From contig JAZDIT010000044.1 of NCBI GenBank assembly GCA_043804755.1, positions 24-64,023 on the forward strand: a stretch of 64,000 nt of DNA, in the 5' to 3' direction. The stretch comes from Patescibacteria group bacterium. GTDB lineage: Bacteria; Patescibacteriota; Minisyncoccia; Minisyncoccales; JAQTPW01. This document shows, piece after piece, positions 20,010 through 28,520 of this stretch. Below the pieces are notes generated by a model that saw only the letters and a program-made list of their open reading frames with translations, ran no database searches and was not told where the DNA came from. Within the stretch, counting starts at the first letter, position 1. Every line of letters begins with the position of its first letter. The position numbers and the translations under genes are program-made.

Positions 20010-21776
20010 ATGAATTCCGTGGAACTTCGTAAGTCTTTTCTGGATTTTTTCAGGGAGAAAGGACATACCATCATACCATCGGCTTCTTTGATCCCCGAAA
20101 ACGATCCGACGGTGCTTTTTACCACCGCCGGCATGCACCCTCTGGTGCCTTTTTTGTTGGGGGAGAAACATCCCGGTGGAAAGAAATTGGCGAATGTTCA
20201 GATTTGCATCCGGACGGACGATATTGAGGAAGTAGGAGACGAAGTCCACCATACTTTTTTTGAGATGTTGGGTAACTGGTCACTTGGCGATTATTTCAAA
20301 GAGGAGACTATTAAATTGAGTTTTGAATTTTTAACATCAGAAAAATGGCTGAATATCAATAAAGACAATCTGGCCGTTTCTGTTTTTGTTGGAGATGAAG
20401 ATGCCCCAAAAGATCAGGAATCGAAAAAAATCTGGCTTGATCTTGGTATCTCCGAATCAAGAATAAAAGAACTTCCCAAGAAAGACAACTGGTGGGGACC
20501 GGCCGGGCAAACCGGGCCTTGCGGTCCGGATACGGAAATGTTTTATTGGGTCGGGACGGAAGCGGTTCCTAAAGAGTTTAATCCGACAGACAAAAGATGG
20601 GTGGAGATTTGGAATGATGTTTTTATGCAGTATTTCAAGGATATGGATGGAAAATATGAACCGCTTCCCCAGAAAAATGTTGATACCGGCATGGGTCTGG
20701 AAAGGATGCTGTCTGCGATGAACGGTCTGGCAGACGATTATAAAACGGATGTTTTCTTGCCGATCATCGAAAAAATAGAGGAATTGTCTGGCAAAAAATA
20801 TGAAGAAAACAAAAAAGAATTCAGGATTATTGCCGACCACGTTAAAGCCGCCACTTTTATCATTGGCGACCGAAAGGGAGTAGAACCGTCCAATTCTGGC
20901 CGAGGTGACGTAGTTAGACGCCTGTTAAGAAGAGCCATTCTTAGCGGAAGGGAATTAAGTTTACCGAAATTTTTTTTGGTACCATTAGTTAAAAAAATTA
21001 TTAAAATTTATGGTACTGCTTATCCGGAAATTAAGAGAAAAGAAAATGATGTTATAACTATAGTTGAAAATTGGGAAGAAAAATTCGAGAAAAGTATAGA
21101 AGCTGGAATAAAAGAAACTACTTCGCAAATAAGGACTTACAATGGGCTAACAGGAGTCGCAGCTTTTAAATCTTATCAAAGTTCAGGAACGCCCATCTCG
21201 GGTAGTATAAAAATAGCTAAAAAATTAGGTGTTAAAATCTCTCCAAATATAGAGCAAGAATTTAAGGAAGAACTTAGAAAACATCAAGAACTTTCCAGAA
21301 CCGCTTCCGCCGGAATGTTCAAAGGTGGTTTGGCTGATTCGGGCCTTCAGGCTACAAAATACCATACTGCAACCCATCTTTTGTTGGCGGTCCTGAGGCA
21401 GGTTTTAGGAGAGGGAGTTTTCCAAAAAGGCAGCAACATCACTGCGGAAAGAATGAGATTCGATTTCTCCCATCCCCAAAAAATGACGGAAGAAGAGATA
21501 AATAAAGTGCAGGACTTGGTGAATCAAAAAATCAAGGAAGATATGTCCGTAATATGCGAAGAAATGCCCCTGTCGGAAGCCAAAGAAAAAAAAGTAATGG
21601 GTGTTTTCGAAAGCAAATACGGAGACATCGTGAAGGTTTATACGATAGGCGATTTTTCACGGGAAATTTGCGGTGGTCCGCACGTTGCAAAAACATTCTC
21701 ATTGGGTAAATTTAAAATTGTAAAAGAAGAATCTTCTGGTGCGGGAGTCAGAAGAATAAAGGCGGTTTTGGAGTAG
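20010..21776 (+). CDS. alaS: Alanine--tRNA ligase (short form, no C-Ala domain)
   Basis: LFTTAGM, HHTFFEMLGN, DTGMGLER, HTATH, CGGPHV; start could be 20001 or 20010. Confidence 0.97.
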   Translation: MNSVELRKSFLDFFREKGHTIIPSASLIPENDPTVLFTTAGMHPLVPFLLGEKHPGGKKLANVQICIRTDDIEEVGDEVHHTFFEMLGNWSLGDYFKEETIKLSFEFLTSEKWLNINKDNLAVSVFVGDEDAPKDQESKKIWLDLGISESRIKELPKKDNWWGPAGQTGPCGPDTEMFYWVGTEAVPKEFNPTDKRWVEIWNDVFMQYFKDMDGKYEPLPQKNVDTGMGLERMLSAMNGLADDYKTDVFLPIIEKIEELSGKKYEENKKEFRIIADHVKAATFIIGDRKGVEPSNSGRGDVVRRLLRRAILSGRELSLPKFFLVPLVKKIIKIYGTAYPEIKRKENDVITIVENWEEKFEKSIEAGIKETTSQIRTYNGLTGVAAFKSYQSSGTPISGSIKIAKKLGVKISPNIEQEFKEELRKHQELSRTASAGMFKGGLADSGLQATKYHTATHLLLAVLRQVLGEGVFQKGSNITAERMRFDFSHPQKMTEEEINKVQDLVNQKIKEDMSVICEEMPLSEAKEKKVMGVFESKYGDIVKVYTIGDFSREICGGPHVAKTFSLGKFKIVKEESSGAGVRRIKAVLE

Positions 21777-21792
21777 ATGTTTTTGTGATAAA

Positions 21793-23013
21793 ATGGAAAA
21801 GGTAGGAAAAATCAAAGGGATGAAATCTTTTTTATTCAATAGATCCAGAAGAAAAGCCCTTTTGGCCGTAGATTTTGGAAGCGAATCGGTAAAATCTCTC
21901 GCATTCGGGAAGGAAAACGGGAAAATTCTGATTTTCGGCCATTCGATCCATTATTTTGAAAACCCGGAAATATTCGGAAGAGCCGCTTTGGCGGAAGAAT
22001 TCGTAAAAACGGCAATTTCAAATTCAATAAATGACTTGAAAAGACAGAATAATAAGGAACTCGACGGGGTAATTCTCGGATTGCCGTCCAGCATTCTGAA
22101 GGCGAGAATTTTCTGCGAAACATATGAACGGGGGAAAAGCCCGAAGAAAATTAGCGGGAAAGAAGAAAAAAATATTTACGGTTTGGTTATTGAGCAGGCG
22201 AAAAAGAACATATCCCGGATTTATGCCGAAGACCACGGAATTATGCCTCAGGATATCCATTTTATTGTTCTGAAAATATCAGGGATAAAAATCGATGGCT
22301 ATGAGGTGGAAAAAATTTCAGGTTTTTCGGGAGAAACGATAGAATTTAAGTTTGTGGCAACTTTTTTGCCGAAACATTATCTGGAAATTTTTGAGAGGAT
22401 TTTTAACCAACTGGGGTTAAAAATCCTGCGGATAACCCATGAGATAGAATTGTTGCCGGATATTATTTCGAATACGGCTTCGGATGGCATTTTCATCGAT
22501 TTGGGAGGAGATATCACCCAAATATTCCTTGTAAGGAAAGGTGAATTAGAAAAGTTTGAAGAAGTGAACGTTGGCGGAAGAATTTTTTCGAGAATAATTT
22601 CTCAAACGCTCGGGATTTCCGATGATGAAGCGAGAATTATAAAAGAAAAATACACGAATAAAGAACTGTCTGAAGAAGGCAGGAGAAAATTAAAAGAGAT
22701 TATTTCAAGAGATTTGCAGAATTGGTTCGATAATTTAAAATTAAAACTGTTCAAGAATAAAAAGTTCTTGCCTTCGCAGATTTTCATCTTCGGAGGGGGA
22801 AGCCGGATGCTTGGGGTTGAGGATATTCTTACTGATGGTGACTGGGGATCCAATCCGCTTTCCGAAGACCCTGTTTTGGCAGAGCCTTATTTTTCATTTA
22901 TTTCCAACCCCAAAGCTAAACCAATTTCGCCCTTCGATATCAAAAAGAACATAGATATTATAAAAGGATTAAATAACCCGCAATTTACGCCAGTTTTTCT
23001 TCAAATAAAATGA
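21793..23013 (+). CDS. FtsA/PilM-like actin-fold ATPase
   Basis: LAVDFGSESVK (phosphate 1), FIDLGGDIT (phosphate 2), GGGSRM. Confidence 0.75.
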   Translation: MEKVGKIKGMKSFLFNRSRRKALLAVDFGSESVKSLAFGKENGKILIFGHSIHYFENPEIFGRAALAEEFVKTAISNSINDLKRQNNKELDGVILGLPSSILKARIFCETYERGKSPKKISGKEEKNIYGLVIEQAKKNISRIYAEDHGIMPQDIHFIVLKISGIKIDGYEVEKISGFSGETIEFKFVATFLPKHYLEIFERIFNQLGLKILRITHEIELLPDIISNTASDGIFIDLGGDITQIFLVRKGELEKFEEVNVGGRIFSRIISQTLGISDDEARIIKEKYTNKELSEEGRRKLKEIISRDLQNWFDNLKLKLFKNKKFLPSQIFIFGGGSRMLGVEDILTDGDWGSNPLSEDPVLAEPYFSFISNPKAKPISPFDIKKNIDIIKGLNNPQFTPVFLQIK

Positions 23014-24290
23014 ACAATCAACCTCCAAAAATTTTCGATATACTGCCTCCGCAAAAACAAAAAATAGAATATAATCTATCCCCCAAAAAACCGGAAAAAC
23101 GTCCGTCGGCAACGTCCGAAAAGAAAAACGATTCCAGGCCCTCTTTTCTCAAGAAATTCCTGATACTTTTATTTTTTTTGATAATAATATTCGTTTTGGC
23201 TTCGCAATTTCTTCTGGCGAGAACTGAAATCCAAATTTGGCCCGAAACCCAAACTCTCGGTTCAAAAGAAAAGATAACGGTAAATACGGCTCAGAGTACG
23301 GTAAGCGTTTCTGCAAAAAGCATTCCCGGGAAGATTTTCGAAGAGGAAAAAACGGTTTCACAGGAGTTTCTGGCAACCGGAAAAGTCACAAAGGGCGAGA
23401 AAGCCCAAGGCAAGATTGTGGTTTATAATAATTATTCCACCGCAGCGCAGGTTTTAGTGGCTAATACGAGATTCATTTCCTCCGACGGAAAACTTTTCAG
23501 GACCGTTGAAAAAGTTACGATACCGGGCGGCACTCTTTCTGGCGGTAAACTTCAGCCGGGCTCACTCGAAATAAAAGTTGTCGCGGACCAGGCTGGTGAG
23601 GATTACAATATCGGAGCCACGACATTTTCCATACCGGGTTTCGTGGGTACTCCGAAATACACTGCTTTTTACGGAAAATCTTTTGAGAAAATGACGGGCG
23701 GATCAATCGGCGAAGTTCCGCAGGTTACGAAAGAAGATCTCGATAAGGCTAAAAAAGCCCTGACAGACAGAGTTCTCGAGGAAGGCGAAGCGTCTTTGAA
23801 AGTCAAAATTCCCTCTGACTATATTTTGCTTGACGGAGCGATAACTTCCGAAATTATTTCGGCTACCTCTTCCGCGATTGTAGGAAAAGAAAGCAAAAAT
23901 TTCACTTATCAAGCCAAAGCAAAATTAAAAGCAGTAGTTTTTAAGGAATCAGATTTCAAAAATTTTCTCATGGAAATAGCCGTTTCCAAAAAGCCGGATG
24001 GACAAAAAATCCAGGAAGAGAGTTTGAAATCGGGATCGATTACCGTTGATTCGATTGATATAAATGCGGGGAAAATTTCTTTGAGTTTTGATATGTCCGC
24101 CAAAACTTATTCGGACATTAATGAAGAACAGCTGAGGGAAGCATTGAATGGAAAGCCCATTGAAGAAGCCCAACAAATAATGTCCAACCAAGAGGGAATT
24201 GTCAAAGCTCAGATAAAATCCTGGCCTTTCTGGATAAGCAGGATGCCGGAAGACGCCGAAGAAGTCAAAATAGAGCTCATTCTTGACTAG
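23010..24290 (+). CDS. Single-pass membrane protein with baseplate-J-like extracytoplasmic region
   Basis: One hydrophobic helix near aa 50-68; ADQAGEDYNI and MTGG motifs resemble baseplate-J-like domains (from recall). Confidence 0.55.
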   Translation: MNNQPPKIFDILPPQKQKIEYNLSPKKPEKRPSATSEKKNDSRPSFLKKFLILLFFLIIIFVLASQFLLARTEIQIWPETQTLGSKEKITVNTAQSTVSVSAKSIPGKIFEEEKTVSQEFLATGKVTKGEKAQGKIVVYNNYSTAAQVLVANTRFISSDGKLFRTVEKVTIPGGTLSGGKLQPGSLEIKVVADQAGEDYNIGATTFSIPGFVGTPKYTAFYGKSFEKMTGGSIGEVPQVTKEDLDKAKKALTDRVLEEGEASLKVKIPSDYILLDGAITSEIISATSSAIVGKESKNFTYQAKAKLKAVVFKESDFKNFLMEIAVSKKPDGQKIQEESLKSGSITVDSIDINAGKISLSFDMSAKTYSDINEEQLREALNGKPIEEAQQIMSNQEGIVKAQIKSWPFWISRMPEDAEEVKIELILD

Positions 24291-24329
24291 GGGAGGATAA
24301 TCTGGTAATATTTAACCATTGCCCATTTG

Positions 24330-24551
24330 ATGAACCAAGATAAAAGAAATTTACAGAAAAGAGGAATAGTTCTGGAGGCTTTACCAAGCACGCTTTTTAA
24401 GGTAAAGTTGGAAGACGGGAAAGAGGTTTTAGCCCATTTGGCTGGAAAATTAAGAATATTCAGAATCAAAATTTTACCAGGTGATAAAGTGATGGTGGAA
24501 ACTAATCCCTATGACGAAAAGAGGGGAAGAATAGTTTACAGGGGAAAATAA
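24330..24551 (+). CDS. infA: Translation initiation factor IF-1
   Basis: [31 protein letters not shown]. Confidence 0.97.
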   Translation: MNQDKRNLQKRGIVLEALPSTLFKVKLEDGKEVLAHLAGKLRIFRIKILPGDKVMVETNPYDEKRGRIVYRGK

Positions 24552-24639
24552 TCTCACTCGGCGCGATATGGGCGCGTAATAACGAATTGTTGTTGACCAA
24601 TAATTCGTTTCATGTTATATATTTAATGTTTTGTCATAA

Positions 24640-24753
24640 ATGAAAGTTAAGCCTTCCGTCAAAAAAATTTGTAAAAATTGTGAAGTCGTCCGCAGAAAGG
24701 GGCGAGTTTATATAATATGCAAAAACCCCAAGCATAAACAGCGTCAGGGGTAA
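24640..24753 (+). CDS. rpmJ: 50S ribosomal protein L36 (missing from ORF track)
   Basis: Translates to [37 protein letters not shown]. Confidence 0.98.
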   Translation: MKVKPSVKKICKNCEVVRRKGRVYIICKNPKHKQRQG

Positions 24754-24770
24754 ACTCTTATCAATATTTT

Positions 24771-25160
24771 ATGCCGAGAATCGCAGGGATAAGCATCCCG
24801 GAAAACAAACAAATAGGGATAGCGTTGGGATATATTTATGGAATAGGTCCTTCTTTAAGCAGGAAAATTTTGAATGAGGCCAAGATTGAACCTACGCGAA
24901 AGGCATCCGAATTGACCACGGATGAGGTTTCGCGTCTGAAAGACATTATTGAAAAAAATTACAAAATCGAGGGGGAACTGAGGAGAGAAATTATGATGAA
25001 TATAAAGCGATTAAAAGATATAAACAGCTGGAGAGGCGTTCGTCATATTAAGGGACTGCCGGTCAGGGGACAAAGGACTAAAACAAATACGAGAACCGTC
25101 AGAGGAAATGTCAGAAAAACCGTAGGTTCCGGAAGAAAACCTGCGGCGGAAGCAACGTAA
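24771..25160 (+). CDS. rpsM: 30S ribosomal protein S13
   Basis: MPRIAG, YIYGIG, GLPVRGQRTKTN. Confidence 0.99.
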   Translation: MPRIAGISIPENKQIGIALGYIYGIGPSLSRKILNEAKIEPTRKASELTTDEVSRLKDIIEKNYKIEGELRREIMMNIKRLKDINSWRGVRHIKGLPVRGQRTKTNTRTVRGNVRKTVGSGRKPAAEAT

Positions 25161-25172
25161 TAGATAATCTAA

Positions 25173-25628
25173 ATGGGGAAAAAGCACGTAATTAAAAAAA
25201 GCGAAGAAGAATTGGTGAAAGAAGGGGCTAAGATGGAAGAAAATTTGAAAAAAGAGCCCCAAATAGTCGCGCCATCAAAAAGGATTGACGAGGGGCGCGT
25301 CTATATCAAATCTTCCTATAATAACACGATAATTACTTTGACCGATAAGAACGGCAATGTTTTAGGTTGGGTAAGTTCTGGCGGAATCGGATTTAAGGGA
25401 AGCAAAAAAGCCACCCCGTTTGCCGCGTCGAAAGTCGCGGAAAATGTCGCACAGATTGCCCAAAAGATCGGGGTTTCGAAGATCGCGGTTTTTGTGAAAG
25501 GGATAGGATCGGGCAGAGAATCGGCAATAAGGTCATTAGCAGCCAGAGGATTCGATATCCTTTCCATTAAAGACGAGACACCCATACCTCACAACGGTTG
25601 TCGTCCGCCAAAAACAAGAAGGGTTTAA
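25173..25628 (+). CDS. rpsK: 30S ribosomal protein S11 (N-terminal extension)
   Basis: [28 protein letters not shown]. Confidence 0.99.
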   Translation: MGKKHVIKKSEEELVKEGAKMEENLKKEPQIVAPSKRIDEGRVYIKSSYNNTIITLTDKNGNVLGWVSSGGIGFKGSKKATPFAASKVAENVAQIAQKIGVSKIAVFVKGIGSGRESAIRSLAARGFDILSIKDETPIPHNGCRPPKTRRV

Positions 25629-25650
25629 CAATTTTCGTCACACTCAAATT

Positions 25651-26280
25651 ATGGAAGATCCAAAATGTAAAATTTGCAGAAGATTAGGAACCAAAGTCTT
25701 TTTGAAAGGAGACCGCTGTTATTCTGCGAAATGCGCTTTCTTAAGAAGACCATATCCGCCAGGTCCGAAACACAAAAGAAGGACACGCCAGCTTTCCGAA
25801 TACGGAAAAGAATTAGCCGAAAAGCAAAAATTAAAAAATTGGTATAATTTGAATGAGGGGCAGTTCAGAAATTACGTTAAAAAGGTTCTTTCCAAGCGAG
25901 GAAAAGTGGAGAATGCGGCCGAGGAACTTATCGTCAATCTGGAGAATCGTTTTGACAACGTGGTTTTTCGGCTGGGGTTCGCTCCTTCAAGGCCTCAGGC
26001 TCAGCAGATAGTTTCTCACGGTCTTTTGTCCGTTAACGGAAAAACTATAGATACTCCGTCTCACAAAATGAAAATCGGAGACGTCATAAGCCCTCGTCCT
26101 CAGAAAATTAAAAAAATTATTTTCCAAAATCTTAAAAATATTATTAAAAATTATAAAACTCCGAAATGGCTGCAGCTTGATGCCGAAAAATTGGAAGGGA
26201 AGGTAATCGGAAAGCCGACCATTGGAGAAGCGGCGCCGCCAGCGGAGGTTTCAGTTATTTTCGAATTTTATTCTCGATAA
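25651..26280 (+). CDS. rpsD: 30S ribosomal protein S4
   Basis: CKICRR, SEYG, LENRFDNVVFRLG, EFYSR. Confidence 0.99.
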   Translation: MEDPKCKICRRLGTKVFLKGDRCYSAKCAFLRRPYPPGPKHKRRTRQLSEYGKELAEKQKLKNWYNLNEGQFRNYVKKVLSKRGKVENAAEELIVNLENRFDNVVFRLGFAPSRPQAQQIVSHGLLSVNGKTIDTPSHKMKIGDVISPRPQKIKKIIFQNLKNIIKNYKTPKWLQLDAEKLEGKVIGKPTIGEAAPPAEVSVIFEFYSR

Positions 26281-26303
26281 ATTAACCATTAATAAACTAA
26301 TTC

Positions 26304-27089
26304 ATGATTCCCTTACCAACTCAACCAAAAATCGTCAAAAGAGAAGGAAACAAAGTCCTGTTCGAGATAGAGGCTTTATATCCCGGATACGGGGTCACGG
26401 TCGGAAACTCCTTGAGAAGGGTTTTGTTGTCGTCTCTGCAGGGGGCCGCAGTAACCCAAATGAAAATAAAAGGTGTTTCCCATGAATTCTCGACCATCCC
26501 GGGCATCAAAGAAGACGTCATAACGATAATGCTCAATTTGAAAAAATTGAGGTTCCGCGCCTTTTCCGACGAGCCTCAAATGGGCAGACTGCATATAAAG
26601 GGCGAGAAAGAAGTAAAGGGCTCCGATTTTGAATTACCGAGCCAGGTGGAACTGATAAATGGCGACAGCCATATAGCTTCTTTGACCGCCAAAACTTCCG
26701 ATTTGGAACTGGAAATAACGATAGAAAAGGGAATCGCATATTCTCCGCGCGAAGGCAGAAAAAAAGAAAAAGTAGAGATAGGAACGATTCCCATAGATGC
26801 GATTTTCTCTCCGATTAAAAGAATAAGTTTTAAAGTTGAAAATATGCGCGTCGGTGAAAGAACTGATTTTGACAAGCTTTCTCTGGAGATTGAAACCGAT
26901 GGTACGGTAAAGCCGGAAACGGCATTCGCACAGGCTTCAGAAACCCTGGTCAAACATTTTTCATTGCTTGCAGAGACATTTCAAACAGAAGAATCATTAC
27001 CGTCGGCTAAAACCGCATCGGGAAAAAAGGCAAGAAAGAAAAAGACAGTTTCTTCCGTAAAAAAACATGAGAAAAAGAAAAAAGGGTAG
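26304..27089 (+). CDS. rpoA: RNA polymerase alpha subunit, lacking alpha-CTD
   Basis: PGYGVTVGNSLRRVLLSS, HEFSTIPG, DAIFSP, RVGERTDFDKL; 261 aa. Confidence 0.97.
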   Translation: MIPLPTQPKIVKREGNKVLFEIEALYPGYGVTVGNSLRRVLLSSLQGAAVTQMKIKGVSHEFSTIPGIKEDVITIMLNLKKLRFRAFSDEPQMGRLHIKGEKEVKGSDFELPSQVELINGDSHIASLTAKTSDLELEITIEKGIAYSPREGRKKEKVEIGTIPIDAIFSPIKRISFKVENMRVGERTDFDKLSLEIETDGTVKPETAFAQASETLVKHFSLLAETFQTEESLPSAKTASGKKARKKKTVSSVKKHEKKKKG

Positions 27090-27417
27090 AAAATTAAGCC
27101 TGAAAACCGATCAGAGAAAAGCGCTTTTGAGATCGGTGGCAGAATCTCTTTTCTTAAAAGAAAAGATAAAAACTACTGAAGCCAAAGCCAAGGAGGTTGC
27201 CGGTTTGGTGGAAAAAATGATAACGAAAGCCAAAAAAGGCGACATGGCGGCAGTGCGAAGTCTATCGAGATTTTTTTCGGATAGAATAGTGAAAAAGCTG
27301 ATAAAAGAAATCGCACCGAGATATGTGGCCAGAATGGGAGGCTATACCAGAATAATCAAACTTGGACCGAGGAAAAACGATGCCTCAAAAATGGCGATAG
27401 TGGAATTAGTTAAATAA
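27067..27417 (+). CDS. rplQ: 50S ribosomal protein L17
   Basis: IKTTEAKAKE, GGYTRIIK. Confidence 0.99.
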   Translation: MRKRKKGRKLSLKTDQRKALLRSVAESLFLKEKIKTTEAKAKEVAGLVEKMITKAKKGDMAAVRSLSRFFSDRIVKKLIKEIAPRYVARMGGYTRIIKLGPRKNDASKMAIVELVK

Positions 27418-27548
27418 GAACCTTCGCTTCGCGAAGAACCTTGATTCTTCAGAAATAAGAACCTTCGCTTCGCGAAGAACCTCGATTCTTCGGAAATAAG
27501 AGCATTCGCTTCGCAAAGAACCTTGATTCTTCGCAAGCTCAAAAATGA
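27415..27548 (+). repeat. TAAGAACC stop-codon-anchored repeat, locus 5 (rplQ-rplM), three tandem units with 41-nt period
   Basis: Units start 27415, 27456, 27497: TAAGAACCTTCGCTTCGCGAAGAACCTTGATTCTTCAGAAA and variants. Confidence 0.93.
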
Positions 27549-27555
27549 AAATAAA

Positions 27556-27903
27556 ATGGAGCGCAAAACTTATACAATAGACGCAACAAACAGAGTATTG
27601 GGAAGATTGGCGGTGCAGATAGCAAATTTATTGAGGGGGAAAAGGAAAACGGATTACGTTCCTTATAAAGATATGGGAGATTTCGTCGTGGTGAAGAATA
27701 TCAAAAGCATCATGGTGACCGGGAAAAAAACCGATCAAAAAAAGTACTACAGCCATTCCGAGTATTTGGGAGGCCTCAAGGAAATATCCTATAAAAAACT
27801 TTTCGAAAAAAATCCGGCGGAAGTCCTGAAAAGAGCCGTTTTCGGGATGCTGCCCATAAATAAGCTCAGAAACGAGCAAATTAAAAGATTGATAATAGAG
27901 TAA
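27556..27903 (+). CDS. rplM: 50S ribosomal protein L13
   Basis: IDA...LGRLA, LRGK, GDFVVV, GMLP; start at 27556. Confidence 0.97.
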   Translation: MERKTYTIDATNRVLGRLAVQIANLLRGKRKTDYVPYKDMGDFVVVKNIKSIMVTGKKTDQKKYYSHSEYLGGLKEISYKKLFEKNPAEVLKRAVFGMLPINKLRNEQIKRLIIE

Positions 27904-27910
27904 ACCAATT

Positions 27911-28432
27911 ATGGAAAAAACCGTTACCAAAAAAATCGTAAAGAAGGAAGCAAAAGATGTGAAAGAAAAAAAACCGAGAGCGGTGAAGACTAAGAAAAAG
28001 GCTGAAATTTCAGCAGAAGTGGTCAAACTGGTTTCAAAACCCGGAAAATATTTTGAAGCTGTCGGAAGAAGAAAAACTTCAATAGCCAGAGTGAGAATTT
28101 TTCCGCAGGACGAAGGAGATTTTTCGGTCAACGGAAAAACCCTCGATCAATATTTCGGCGACAAAGATCTCCAAACGATAGCTCAAGATTCTCTGAATGC
28201 GATGAATACTTCCGATAAATTCCGCGTTTCAGTCGTATTAAAGGGCGGCGGTTTGCACTCACAGGCCGAAGCGATAAGACATGGAATAGCAAGAGCCTTG
28301 GTTTTATTTAATTCTGAATTCAAGAAAAAATTAAAAAAAGCAGGATTCTTGACGAGAGATCCGAGAATGAGAGAGAGAAAGAAGTTCGGTTTGAAGAGAG
28401 CAAGAAGAGCGCCACAGTGGCAAAAACGGTAA
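27911..28432 (+). CDS. rpsI: 30S ribosomal protein S9 (N-terminal extension)
   Basis: GRRKTSIARV, GGGLHSQAEA, LTRDPR, ERKK.GL. Confidence 0.99.
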   Translation: MEKTVTKKIVKKEAKDVKEKKPRAVKTKKKAEISAEVVKLVSKPGKYFEAVGRRKTSIARVRIFPQDEGDFSVNGKTLDQYFGDKDLQTIAQDSLNAMNTSDKFRVSVVLKGGGLHSQAEAIRHGIARALVLFNSEFKKKLKKAGFLTRDPRMRERKKFGLKRARRAPQWQKR

Positions 28433-28457
28433 AATCCATCATCCACACAATGATTTC

Positions 28458-28482
28458 AGGGTTGAGTTTTACTCAACCCTTT
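28458..28482 (+). terminator. Terminator after rpsI
   Basis: AGGGTTGAGT-TTT-ACTCAACCCT-TT. Confidence 0.7.
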
Positions 28483-28520
28483 TAAATAATCCGTTATTCC
28501 TGTATAATTACATTACTAAT

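Noticed and set aside
27415-27548. CRISPR array (tandem repeats near a Cas4-like gene)
   Set aside because: Units are head-to-tail with no unique spacers, the same unit is dispersed at five other loci, and there is no cas1/cas2.
8066-27555. ORF-track N-terminal extensions of rplV (8066), rplX (10696), rplE (11033), rplM (27523)
   Set aside because: They are translations of the repeat; homology begins at the downstream ATGs.
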